A DNA stretch of 64,000 nt from Octopus sinensis (Eukaryota): contig NC_043021.1 in the NCBI RefSeq assembly GCF_006345805.1, positions 248,001 to 312,000 of the forward strand, read 5' to 3'. The notes under the pieces are model-generated. The model did not search any database, was not told the DNA's origin, and saw only the letters and a program-made list of their open reading frames with translations. Position 1 is the first letter of the stretch; each line of letters starts with the position of its first letter. The position numbers and the translations under genes were made by a program. Positions 11,901-26,130 of the stretch are shown one piece after another.

Positions 11901-14220
11901 GTTGTTGTAACATTGGTTCATTAGCTGAAGCTGTGAGGAAATTGGCTTCAGTGCTTGTCACGTCCTCCAACTGATTGGCGAAGAAATGCGAACGACTCTC
12001 TTCCAGCTCCAACAATATGTTTGATGACGCTCGACAATACACACACTCACACAGACGTTTGTGTGTGAGTGTATCTATGTGGGTGTGTAGGTGTATAAAA
12101 TACGTAAATTATATTCATTTATATCCATATGAATCTCTGTGTGTATATATATTTATTTATATATACGCGCACACATACATTTATACATACACACACATAC
12201 ATACATTCATACATACATACATTCACACATACATACATACATGTATATATCTACTTACATACACATATCTATATATATATATACATATATATCTATATAC
12301 ATACACATATATACAATTTATACACAATTCTCAATAACATTATATTATAGATCTTCCGTCCACTTCGACGAAGATTATTCAGCTGTTCGATCAAATGAAA
12401 TACCGAATCGTGACATTAACCTGTACGTAGCTGAGTATTCCGTATAAAGGTACCCTAGTTGTAATCTTCAAGAAGAATCACTGCAACACAATGAGTGGCA
12501 TGGCTGAATTCCCGATAATTCCAAACAAAATCTCACTTGATGAGCTCCCACATAGTTGCCGTTTAATCATTTTTGCTCATATGCCATGAATCGGCCCAGG
12601 AGAGGTTCAAGTAATTTGTCCATTGATGCTGTAGAGTAAGATTGAAACCACCGACTTCCTACCTGCAGAGCCAATTTCTTAACTATCCAACCATGCCTGC
12701 ATCTACATAAGAAAAATCTCATACAGGCTGGCCATGTATAGGTTGCCTGGTTTACTCAATGAAACTCATTTTCTAGTTAAAAGTTCGTTTGTGTCTTTTT
12801 CTTTTGTATGTTACCCCCTACTTTGGAGTGTGTCCCCTAATATTTGGTTCAGACTAACGGGGCCATAAGTGTGCACGTGTTATATTAAAGCAGTGACTCC
12901 AAAAAGTCATTTAAGAAAAGTCTTGTGGCATCTGTACACCTATTCATTATTACATTTGTTCGCATCGACGGCATATCGGCTCTGCAGTCATTAATACTGA
13001 GCCATCAGCCTTGTACTGTACATGATATAAGTTTTAATGTATTTGTTGGAATTTCGTTGTCTGTATAATGTAAGCGATAAGGTTTGATCTTATTGTCGGG
13101 GGATGATCGAGGTCTTTAACTGTACAAATAACTTCGGCGGCGGACGAAGATCAAACTTATCAAATAGCTAGACATTAAAAGTAGTTGCAATTCTATCGGA
13201 ATGCAGCCAATATAAGAAGTGTACCAAAAGACATTAAACAGAAGAGTGGAATAAAATCTGGTACAAACATCTATATAGAAGGAGCGTGACTAATAAGCAC
13301 ACATTTGCAATTAACTACCGTAAAAGTTCTTTAATAAGAACACTGTAAATGGAGACATGATCGTTTGGATAATATAAGCTTCCAAATATTGCACTATAAC
13401 CAGCACTGTTAGAATATCATACGAACCTATCAGTATGAATTCAACTTGTGATTGTACGAAACGGTCCACTTAATAGAAAATTTCTATTGAAGGTGCGGAT
13501 GTTTAGAGCTATAGAAAATATACTATACTGGAATCACATATATATATATATGCTGGGGTCACAATCTAATGGGAAGTAACAGAAAGCAGATATACACAAC
13601 ATTTTGAATCATTCCAATTCAGGGACATCATTAACATTACATCATTGTCAAAATATATATGAAAGTTTAACCTCAGAAATAATGTGACTACAAAAACGAA
13701 TCTTGTGGAGAAAGTTTATGATGGTAATAAAAGAAGTAATTTATGTATGGCATAAAAGTCCAATTCATAAAGTACTGCATCGGATATTTTAAATAGTCAG
13801 AAGGCAATACGTTACATGCTTCACACAGGAAAAAATTGGGTTTTTTTCTCCCTTTTCAAACGACTTTGTGGAAGCTTTTCCATGCAAGCAGGTTTCAAAA
13901 TATTCCACAATACTCGATGAAAAAAAAAACAACAAATATAGCCTGAAAAAATGAGAGATATAGAGAAGAGAAAAATAATTTATACATAATACACACAAAC
14001 ACACACACGAATTACTTACATAACATGCATTGCCTTCAATGCAGATCTACAGCCTCAAGTGCAGATGTCCTTGTTGTTTTCGCTTATGGACGCACTTGCA
14101 TGTGTTCGGCGTGTGTGTAGCCGAGGACTTAACAAAGGCTGTAGGCTCAGATTATTATCTGTGGTATGTCTAGCTTTTTCATGGTCTCTCTTTCTCTCTC
14201 TCTCTCTGTCTATACATATA

Positions 14221-14258
<38 letters not shown>

Positions 14259-14260
14259 AA

Positions 14261-14300
<40 letters not shown>

Positions 14301-14304
<4 letters not shown>

Positions 14305-15779
14305 TTTGATACTTTGATACTTTGATAGGTTTCGGCCATTATTGGCCCAGGCCATGTCTAACTTAATAGCACCACCTGGTGAAGTCTTTCAAGTAGAATT
14401 TGGCACTAGGCCCACTCAAGTAGAGAGTTATTGTTTACAGAGACATATCCGGGTGTAGGGGGTTTATCCGGGATTTCTTGAAGGAATCTGTCAAAGATTC
14501 TTGAACCCTGTAGGGTCAGTTTCTGTTTTAATGTGTTTTGGTTGTAATGTTAAAGAGAGCGGGGCCAATTGAGGTGAAATAATTGTGCCGTATTGTTGTT
14601 ATGAGATGAGAGTGCGATTTTTGTTTTGGGCGGATGGCACGGGGCCAAGCCTTGGAATGTACCTTAAAGTGATGTGCCAACATCATTGGGCAATGCTGAG
14701 GATATTTTCACATCATGCAGATGATGTGTAGCGCTCACGACGACGTTGGAGAGAGAATAGAGTTTTAGCTTTTCTAGTCGACCCCAATAGTCGAGGCCTG
14801 TCATGCCATCTATCTTTTTGTAATTGCCCTTTGGGGTGCTTCAACTTTTATGATACCTTGTATTGGGTGGGGAGACCACAGTGGACACAGTATTCAAGGT
14901 GGGGTCGGGCAAAAGTGGAGAAGAGAAGGATAATGGTGTGGATATCTCTCGACTGGAAAGTTCTGAGAATCCAGGAACACATTCTGCGGGCCATGTCAAC
15001 TTTGGTGTGTTTATATGAGTGGCCCAGCTTACGTGTTGTCCACAATTACTCCCAAGTCTCTGATGTTGTTGGACGCCGCGAGAGTTTCACCTGAAGGAAG
15101 GGAGTATGGGAGTTTCAGGGCATCCTCTTTTCCAAAGTGGATTAGCTCAAATTTATCCTCGTTCAGCAGCATATTGTTTTTTCTGACATTGGATAACAGC
15201 CAGTAGATCTGACTGAAGGCATGTCCGGTCACTCGCCTCATTTATGACCTTCTGTAGCTTGGAGTCATCTGCAAAGATTTTTATGTTGCTGTGCTTGATG
15301 ATGTCATTAATGTCATTAATGTAAATGATGAAAAGAAGTGGGCCCAGACAGTGCCTTGCGGAACGCCACTACTGACTTTGGCTGGGCTTGATTTTACCCC
15401 TTCACTACAACATGTTGAGATCTGTCTGTCAGGAAACACTTAATCCATTTCAGTAACTTTCCAGAGACACCAATGTTGGATAGTTTTTTCAATAGGATCT
15501 TGTGATCGACCCTGTCGAAGGCCTTACTGAAATCAAGGTAGATGACATCGGTGTTGGAGCCCTCTCCCAAAGCTCTCAAAATGTCTCAAAGTGATGCAGG
15601 AGCTGCGGTTTAGACAGTCCCTTCCGTTACGGAACCCATGTTGGTTGAGATCAGCCGTCTGTTGCTTTCCAGAAATTGGGTTATTCGAGATCTCACCACC
15701 CTCTCAAATACCTTGATGATATGAGAGGTGAGTGAGATCGGACGGTAATTCACTGCAAGGGACTTGTTTCCCTTTTTAT
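14301..15779 (-). mobile_element. 5'-truncated CR1-type LINE (RT pseudogene, 3' UTR and tandem tail)
   Basis: Minus-strand peptides [79 protein letters not shown] with frameshifts and stops; 3' end is an (AAAGTATC)n octamer tail at 14301-14327. Confidence 0.92.
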
Positions 15780-15805
15780 ATATGTACATATATATATATA
15801 CATAT

Positions 15806-15858
<53 letters not shown>

Positions 15859-15869
15859 ATATACATGTA

Positions 15870-15915
<46 letters not shown>

Positions 15916-15991
15916 CATGTATGTATATATATATATATATATATACTATATATATATTATATATATATGTACATATATATTATATACCTAT

Positions 15992-16037
<46 letters not shown>

Positions 16038-16045
16038 CATGTATG

Positions 16046-16088
<43 letters not shown>

Positions 16089-16098
16089 ATATATATAT

Positions 16099-16146
<48 letters not shown>
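15778..16146. repeat. (TA)n microsatellite with periodic CATG interruptions
   Basis: Direct reading. Confidence 0.95.
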
Positions 16147-16148
<2 letters not shown>

Positions 16149-16295
16149 ACACACCGACGTTCACAGGCACGACAGAGAATTCTTTCAAAATGAGACCAAA
16201 ACAATTTTTTTAATTCAGCTTTTTATCACACCTGTCCGACGAACGGGAACGTGAATCGCTGAGTAACAATCCAGGGATAATTTTGCTGTTTCAAT

Positions 16296-16336
<41 letters not shown>

Positions 16337-16354
16337 TATATATATATGTTGAAA

Positions 16355-16500
16355 TTTACAGAAAGACAAAAGACAGATGTGTAATCAACAAGACGGTGTA
16401 TTAGTTTGACGCTCGGGAAGATGAGAAAAATCTTTTACGTTTCGAGCTTACGCTCCTCAACGGAAAGGAACACGAGGAAATAAACAGAGAGAGAATAAAA
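16355..16500 (-). mobile_element. Penelope-like non-autonomous repeat carrying a hammerhead-like core
   Basis: Homologous to 50665-50790 and 51001-51125; contains cttt-CCGTTGA-G-GAGC-gtaa-GCTC-GAAA-CG-TA-aaag at 16467-16432. Confidence 0.55.
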
Positions 16501-17295
16501 AAAAACTTGGGGATTTAGTGGTTAATCCTATATATATATGGATATGGATATGGATATATCCCCCTCGCGAGCTTTTTACATTTTAGTTTAAATGTGTACA
16601 TGTGTATTACTCTACCTTCATCGTACCATATAATCCCAGGTCGACGAAAGTCTTGTGAGCAGAAATTGTACAGAAGCCCATCGCCTGAACACTTCTTGTG
16701 GCATCAGGATCTACACACTTCATAGTCAGAGCCACATAGATTCTGAATAATCACAAAAACAAAACACAGGCACCGGTTGCATGTGTCCGGAACACTCAGT
16801 CACATATTGCACAATTCGTAGTCAATGTCGGCAATCAAGCATTGGGATTGCTCAAAATGGACAGAAAAGTCATTTCTTACTCTCAGTTGTATACGAGGAC
16901 CTCATACCAGCAATTAATATATGGTGGGTGTATATATACTATACATACATACCTGCACACACAAATCGCTCTGTACTATATGACACAATCAACTCAATAT
17001 TTAACCAACTCAGGTGGGACTTGAACCCAGACACAAAAGATACTTAACTGAATCATTCTTGTAGAGCATTTAGTCCATCACTTTATCAGTTCTGACAGTC
17101 CAGTGAGTTTTTATTGAAGAATAATGCCATTAATTGATTGGCAATATCTTCTAATAGATTTCATGTCGTGCATATACGTATACTGTAACACTATACCTAT
17201 ATAACCACACACACACGCACACACGCACACATACACACATACACATACACACACACATATATATATATATACGTATACATGTATATATATATATA

Positions 17296-17327
<32 letters not shown>

Positions 17328-17693
17328 CATGTATATATACATGTATATATGAGTGTATATACGACTATATATGAGTGTATGTGTGTGTATGTGTGGATGT
17401 ATTAATAGATACACACAAACTTAAACGTTTTCCAATTTGAAAACACACTTAAAAGCTTTTATACAGCCAACCACACATTTTCAGATACATATGCCTATGA
17501 AAATGTCTGTTACAGTGGATACATATATATACATGTATGTATGTATGTATGTATGTATGTATGTATGTATGTATGTATGTATACATATATACATATATAT
17601 ATATATAGAGAGAGAGAGAGACAGAGAGAGACAGAGAGAGACAGAGAGACAGAGATGCATATACTGGTTAATGAATACGTATCGATAAGGATA

Positions 17694-17745
<52 letters not shown>

Positions 17746-17798
17746 GTGTGTGTGTGTGTGTACACGCACGCATCTATATAGTGGCAGAAACATAACCC

Positions 17799-17829
<31 letters not shown>

Positions 17830-18137
17830 TATATATATATAAGCATATACATAGATACATGCCTATATATGTATTACAGAACTATGTAATGGCGTACGTA
17901 TGCTTTATTCAATCACCATCTACATTTAAAACGAATTTTCATCGAAGCCACTATCGAAATCAAAATATAATGACCTTTAGTTAGGATCTTCAACTGAGGC
18001 ACGGAATAATTGCGCGTAGATTTGAACATTGGCGTGAAACTAGTGTCTCCTCGCTGCTAGAGGCCTGGCGTTTTCGTCAATAATCATCTACATACATCAT
18101 CCTCTTCCTTCCTCCCCGTTTGAAATACATACATACA

Positions 18138-18168
<31 letters not shown>

Positions 18169-19186
18169 TAATATTTTTGAAGACCAAAAATGCAAAAGCG
18201 ATATATATATATATATATGGATATAAAATATATATATATATATATGATATTATATATGTTTTGTATATTCATATGTAATATGTGTATAATATATGCGTAT
18301 GTATTTATAGTTATACACACACATATACACTTATATATATTCATACATACACATGCATATTGTAATATAATTATATACATATGAATAAATTGATACATAA
18401 AAACCTTATATGCACAGAATATGCAGATATGGGTGAACATGTTCATATCTATATGTGTATATACATATATATGTGCATATACATATATATGTGTATATAC
18501 ATATATATGTGTATGTGTGTGTGTGTGAATATACATATATGCGTGTGCATACATACAAATATATATATATAGTGCACATACCTTCTTACATATACATGCA
18601 CACATACAAGCATGCCTGCATACATAGATGCGTACTTACTCATACACATGCATATACACACGCTTGCCAATTCCCAAAACGATATAACGTAGTTACCATT
18701 TCTTCCAACCGAATTCTTCATTGAGAGAAATCAATGAAAGATATTTCTATACTTACATTAAATTGATGTTTTAATGTGACTGGGACATCAAGGCAGCAAT
18801 ATGCATGCAAATGTAGCCTTGAATGTGAGTGTGTGGCGATGAATGCGGATGGGTGTATAGATCCGAGGAAATACGCAGAGCCGTGTGTGCGTGTATTCAT
18901 GCATGTGTGGGTGGGTGGGTGGGTGGGTGGGTGTACTGATATCGACATACACACACCACATACACTCACCCACACATCTACATGGATATAAAAACATGAG
19001 TTTATGCGCACACGCTTAGGTATATAGATATAATTTCTTTTTCTACATGACTGTTCATCTACGTCTAAACGTATTTCTTACTGACATATTTATTTCTCTC
19101 GATTTATATTTACATTATGTGTGTGCATGTATGCACACATACATACATATATACATAATATGCACATACATACATACAACACACAC

Positions 19187-19278
<92 letters not shown>

Positions 19279-22200
19279 GCATTCATACATATATGCATAC
19301 ATACATATTTATATATATATATATACACACGTAAAGACACACCTATATATATAAATTATACATTTATGCACTTATAAATTACAAACGCATGTTTATATAT
19401 GCACAAACATACATACATACGTACGTACATACATGCATACATACACACATACATGCATACATGCATGCATGCATACATACACACATATATACACACGTAC
19501 ATACACACACACATAAACGCATACACACATACATACATACATTAAACATGAGCAGGCCCACTAAAAGCGGTTCCCTTCTACAATGTGTAACGGAAGGAAG
19601 ACTACATAGAGGATCGTCTTCCACCTCATCCCCCTCCTCCCTCGTATCTATCCTACCTCTTCTTTCTTCCTCTCCTCCATCTGTCCCTCCTCTTCCCTCT
19701 CCCTCCTACCCTCTGATATTAATATCAGCAGAAGTACGAAAAGAACAAAATCCTGCGCAGATAGTCATCGATGGGAGACTATCGATCTCTCTGAACACAA
19801 ATCAAAGATTGAACACTCAGAGAACAATAAACGAATAAAACTGATTAAATTGGAAATGAAATTAAAACAATAAAATTATAAATCAAAGAAATCAGATTAT
19901 CGATTTGTATTTATAGAGATTTTGGCTTTATTGGGCTTTTTGCGGTTTTAAGTTTTCAATTTTTGTAATTTTGACGTCAAAATTTGAGAAATCTAAACTT
20001 ATGAGGAGGTCTTTTTGTGTCTTGTGTGGAGGTGTGTGTGTGTGTGTGGTGAATGTGTGCGTGACAGGTACGTGTGTATTTATGTGTGTGTGCATATGTG
20101 TGTGTGTATGAGTGTGTGTGTGCACGTGTGTATGTGTCCGCTTTTGTGTGCTTGTGTGTATCTATGCCTGTGTGTGTTTGTGTGTGCGCGCGTGTTTTGT
20201 GTATGTGTTCTGTTGTATTTGTGTCTTGAGTAATTCGTTTGTCATTTTTGCGTGCGTGTGTGTGTGTGTGTGTGCATGTGTCGTATATGTGTGAGTGATA
20301 CACTAAATACCTCGAGTCATATATGTGTACCAATGCGTGTTTGTGTGTGTTTGTGTGTGTGTGTGGGTGTGTGTGTGTGAGTGTGTTCTTTGTGTTGTCT
20401 AATGACTCCGTTCCACGCATGTGTTCGCTGTTGTGTTTACTTTATCGTGAACACTTAAGCGTTGTGGCTATTGTTGTGTTGTGGTATTCGTATTGTTGTC
20501 TGTAATGGAGATTTTGTTTTTCTTGAATTTGTTTCTCTTCCTTTTCTTGTAAATTTCTTTTGTTTTTTTTCTTTATGTCTTCAGTAGAGTTGCTTGTTAT
20601 TGATCCTCCTTCAAACAATTGTATTGGTTATTGATCCCCTTAAAATTATTGTATTGGTTGCTATTTTGTCGTTGAATTGGTTATAAAATATGTCTTATTG
20701 TTGTTTTCGTTTATAGAATTAATATTTTGCCTGGGTTTGTGTCAAAGTTACGTTTTATTGCTCTGGTTTGTTGTTGAGTTACGTTCGAGTGTTGGATTGA
20801 AGTTATGGCTCACTTTGGTGAGGTTATAAAGTTACGTTTACAATGCCAGAGTCACGTCTGATATCATTGTTTTTTTGGTTAAAACTTACGTTTGTTTATT
20901 ATTGGTGCATCCAAACATCTTTTGCGTTGTTGACTTTGTTGCACTTTGATTGTTTTCCTTATGAACTAATATTAATTTTTGTGGTGACTACAAATTTATG
21001 TTTTATTGCTGTCCTCTTGGCAAATATACGTTTATTTCTGTGTTGCGGATGGCATTAGATTTAACTGTTGCATCGCTAATAAAACTCACGTTTTATATTA
21101 GCTTCCAAGTCACGTTTTCATTATAAATTTACGTTTTATTGTTGCGTCAGTTACAAACTAACGGCTAACGCTGGTGTTCAATTGTAAACGCATTTTTTTC
21201 GGTGGTAAACATGAGTTTATTCCTTTTGATTTTATTCTTATTTATTTATTCCTTTTTCAACGTTTCCTTTCATGTGTTGATTCCAAAATTGCGATTTTTA
21301 TGTTTGTTCAGAAAGTCACATTTGTTCTTTCATTTCAATGTCACATTCGCTTGTTGTTTTGACTGTTGTGGTGGATCTACATGTTGTGTGCAAATGGCTA
21401 CTTGAAACTGATGCTGTCTGAGGATGTTGTTGTTTTTGTTGTTGCAATGATGTATTTGTGAATCGTTTGTGGTGGCGGCGGCGTCGGCCGAGGTGTGGTG
21501 GTGGTTGGTGGTTGTGATGGTAGTAACGATGGTAGTAGAGGTTGTGTTGTTAGCAGTGGCTGCGGTGGTAGTGGCAGGTGGTGGTGGTGGTGGTGGTTTT
21601 GATTAAACATCTGGTATTTTTGCTTATTGATATTGATATTGATGATAATGATGGTTTACATCCAGACAAAGTCGCAACCACAGCAGCCAACAACAGCAAC
21701 AACAACAACGACCAACCAACTAACCTACCACACCCTCCACCAGCAGCAACAGAACATCAAACACCCCACCTCCACTATCATGACCACCACCACCAACAAC
21801 AAAAAAAGCAACAATCAATCGATCAATCAATCAATACAGTCTAAAATATATTTCACTAAAACTTTAACAAAGTAATTATGTTTTAAATATAACAATGGCG
21901 GACTCCTTTGGGGGAAGAAATTGAATTTGGTTGAAATCAAGGAAAATCTTACAGCAACACACGGACATCACTGCATCTCTACACCACTGCACCGCTCCGA
22001 ATCATAAACATACATCTCCATACCGACACTACACCAGTCTACGATAAATGCAACACCGCCACGCCAACACATCATACGAAACCATAAGATATACAGCGCC
22101 AAACCGCCACACCAGTCATACATCGTTATACCTCACCACTCCGACAGACCAACTCCACCACTACAAAGCTCCAACACGCCATACTAAACCTCAGCCATAC

Positions 22201-22531
22201 ACCACCATTACCACCACACTAACACCCCACCACCAAATATCCCCCCCAGCCCGCCAACCGCCAACACATAACAGCGACGTCCCCGAGGAGGACAGATGTG
22301 TTTCTTTCTAATGAAAACTAGAAGACTAAAATGGTAAGCTAGGAATAGAAATGGAGACTTCTTGAAAGGTATTTCATGGCATAAATGGGATTTGGAATTT
22401 AATATAACAATTAAGGTGGTTGTGGTAGGTGGTTGGTGGTAGGATGTTGGTGGTTGGTGGTGGTGGTGGTGGTGGTGGTGGTGGTGGTGGTGGTGGTTGG
22501 TGGTTGGTGGTTGGTGGTTGGTGGTAGGTTT

Positions 22532-22950
22532 AAGGCGGCGAGCTGGCAGAAACGTTAGCGCACCGGGCGAAATGTTTTGCGGAATTTCGTCTACCACTAC
22601 GTTCTGAGTTCAAATTCCGCCGAGGTCGACTTTGCTTTTCATCCTCCCGGGGTCGATTAAATATGTACCAGTTACGCACTAGGGTCGATCTAATCGACTT
22701 AATCCGTGTGTCTGTCCTTGTTTGTCCTCTCTGTGTTTAGCCCCTTGTGGGTAGTAAAGAAATAGGTATTTCGTCTGCCGCTACGTTCTGAGTTCAAGTC
22801 CCACCGAAGTCGACTTTGCTTTTCATCCTTTCAGGGTTGATAAAATAAGTACCAGTTTCGTACTGGGGTCGATATAAACGACGTAATCCATTTGTCTGTG
22901 CTTGTTCGTCCCGTATGTGTTTAGCTCCTTGTGGGTAGTAAAGAAAAAGG
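22532..22950 (+). mobile_element. SINE family A with duplicated body
   Basis: AAGGCGGCGAGCTGGCAGAAACGTTAGC head; second body starts at about 22767 after GTAGTAAAGAAATAGG. Confidence 0.88.
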
Positions 22951-23029
22951 TGGGGTTAGTGTTCGAGGTGGTGGTTGTGATGGCAGGTTGCGAGGATGTC
23001 GCCATCGTCGAATTCAAAATTTAAATTGT

Positions 23030-23268
<239 letters not shown>

Positions 23269-24724
23269 ATGGTGGTGATGGCGGTGGAGAGCAATACATT
23301 TACTGACTGCTATTTGTTGGCGAAGATACTGAAGGTTACGATGATTGATGGGGGTGTGGGTGTTAAAGAGCAGTAAACATTTCTGCAGCCGTCGACAACC
23401 AAAGCATTTGTGGTTAATGTCAGCCACTTGTGCAGCTGTTCGCATATGTGTGGTGAATCTCCTCCATATTAGATATGCTTCAAAATTGTGTGCAAAAAAC
23501 AAAAGACAGAGACAGGTGAGAGAGCAACAAAGAAGGTGGTTTAGTTTGATGCTCAGGAAAAATGGAAGAAGTCTTGATGTTTCGTGTCCACGCTCTTCTA
23601 TGGACAGGAAAGAGGAGAGAGAATAGATGAAAGGGAAAAATAACGGAGAGAGAAAAAAATGTACCTGGATTAACGACGGCGCGTATTGAATTGACCGGAA
23701 GGAAGGAAATGGCTGAAGACAAGGGTGGCATGAGAGATAGCAGTGACCTGGCTAAAGTGTGTATGCGCAAGCAAGTGTGTGTATTTGGAGATAATGCATG
23801 CGTGTGTATATGTGTGTGTATGGGCGAGTGCTTTGTGTATGTGTGCGGGTGCAAGCATGTGTGTGTTTATGAAGATTATGTGAGTGTGTTTATGAAGATT
23901 ATGTGAGCGTATGTATGTGGATACATGGCGAGAACAAGTGAAGTTTTTGCCAAGTGTATTGGTGAGTCGATCAACCTAAAATCTCTGCTTGTCTAATTAT
24001 TTGTTTAGATTTTAGTCATGATGTAAGCTAAATGGTCATCAATACATTACTGCGAAAGCAGATGTTGTCAATTTTAAACTCCATTGGTATATGTCTGTGG
24101 GTGTATGTGCGAGAGAGGGAGAGAGGGAGGGGGACATGGATTTGGAGTCTCATGGATTAGTAGAACTCATGGAGGGCGCATGGATTAGTAGACCTCACTG
24201 TCTAACGATCGTTTGAGGTTCGGGTTTCTCTAGTTTGACGCCATAGTTGTCATTGCCTAACCTCGGGTCGGTTCCTAGCCGGGCGAGTTCACGACTATCT
24301 GTCAACGGAAGCAATTGGTCGAAACTAACCAGGTTTCGTGTCGTGTATTGAACATTGAACTAATCAAAACAGAATACAACAAATGCTGTATATTTATCTA
24401 AATATTTAGAAGTTCAATAAACGACAAAATACATACATACATACATGGTGACTGCCCCCTCGTTATCGAGTATGGCCATTGCACAAAGCTTAATCAATGT
24501 TGTAATCGTGCAAGGCCAGTGCAAGAAGATTTTATTTGAGTGAGGAAAGGCTGTGCACTGAGTCAATCCCACTCACTAAGCAACAGCAGCTATAATCCGA
24601 AAAGAAGGACAAGTCAACATCATCGGTAACCACTGAGCCGCAGGTTTTATGTCGGAGTTATCCCAGTTACCTGAGTTACCTTCTCTTAGAAGGATGCCCT
24701 AACAAAGGCTAGGAGTCCTTCACT

Positions 24725-25000
24725 TCCAATGGTTTAACCGCGCGATTGGGTATTCTGTCCGGTTATTTCTATGTCCCCGCGCTTGATACAGCCTTAAGGC
24801 ATTTATAGGATGGCCGTTGACTCTCAAGAGTTCCTCCGCCCTTCGTCGGGTTTTGCTTTTCATCCCGCAGGGTGTCCAATAAACACCCTCCTCACCAAGC
24901 AAGCTTGGAGGGGTTGCCAGTTTAGTCGCCGACGACCCGATCATGCAGCAGATTGTACTGGGTTACATGTTACTACTAGCACTCGAAAGTGACCTGACAT
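24725..25000 (-). mobile_element. Interspersed GC-richer repeat, possibly an RTE-type LINE 5' region
   Basis: GC-rich island (GTCGTCGGCGACTAAACTGGCAACCCC...GTGTTTATTGGACACCCTGCGGG) bounded by (CATA)n. The family assignment rests on resemblance only. Confidence 0.35.
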
Positions 25001-25289
25001 AAACATACATACATACATACATACATACATACATACATACATACATACATACATACATACATACATACACACATACATGTGTGTGAGTGCTGGAGAAAGG
25101 CCTAAGCAGCTCTTCTACTGGCCAGCTCCCGTCAAACCATCCAACCCATGCTAGCATGGAATATGTACATTAAACGATGATGATGATGATGGTGACGACG
25201 ACGACGATGACGATTACGATGATGATGATGCATGCAAGCATACGCACGTACATATATATATAAACAGTTTAAAAAAGGGTGCACTCAGC

Positions 25290-25337
<48 letters not shown>

Positions 25338-25376
25338 CTCCCTCTCTATCTATCTATATATCTATCTATCTATCTA

Positions 25377-25458
<82 letters not shown>
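25290..25458. repeat. (CT)n/(CTAT)n tract
   Basis: Direct reading. Confidence 0.95.
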
Positions 25459-26026
25459 AGAAGCAAAGCTCGATTAGTTTCGCCTGATTATAACCGGTTC
25501 GTCAGAAGCCTCTATTTCTTTCCTCCTACAAAACGAAACCATCTCAGCTCGTATCCTACATTTCACACCCTACCCGCTGCCAACCTCCCACTCTTCACAT
25601 TACACGCTACAAACATAAATATCCGAATGCAAACGTAATTGTCATTTCTGCTTCTGTCATGATATTCTTCCTAAGCCCTCCCTTAATCGTTACCGGTGTT
25701 AAGGCCGTCGTAATTATTACACAAACTATATTTATAAATAAATATACACATATTTATTTATTCATTTCTCTATTGATTTATTCATTGATGTGGTTATACG
25801 TTTATGCAATTATAACGATTTTCCAATTTTAGAGACTGTTTTAATTCTTATCATTTTTACAATGCTATAATGCTAACAATAATTCTAACAACTTATGTAA
25901 TGTTTAACCAATTATTCCACATTATAATAGATTGCGAGCCAATTGTTAAATAACTGCAAAATAATTACTCTTTGTATTCTTGAGTTTTTGGCGTAACTTT
26001 TGTATATTTTTTTACTGGTATGTTTA

Positions 26027-26080
<54 letters not shown>

Positions 26081-26084
26081 ATAT

Positions 26085-26130
<46 letters not shown>

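Noticed and set aside
12900-13480. Possible ancient LINE C-terminal remnant
   Set aside because: Only scattered 4-6 residue resemblances in inconsistent frames and strands.
14326-14362. GGCC-N6-GGCC-GAAAC on the minus strand resembling a hammerhead half
   Set aside because: No CUGANGA upstream; it is the 3' stem-loop region of the CR1 element.
16148-16260. [13 protein letters not shown] resembling a Penelope GIY-YIG segment
   Set aside because: Too short and degenerate to support without an HMM search.
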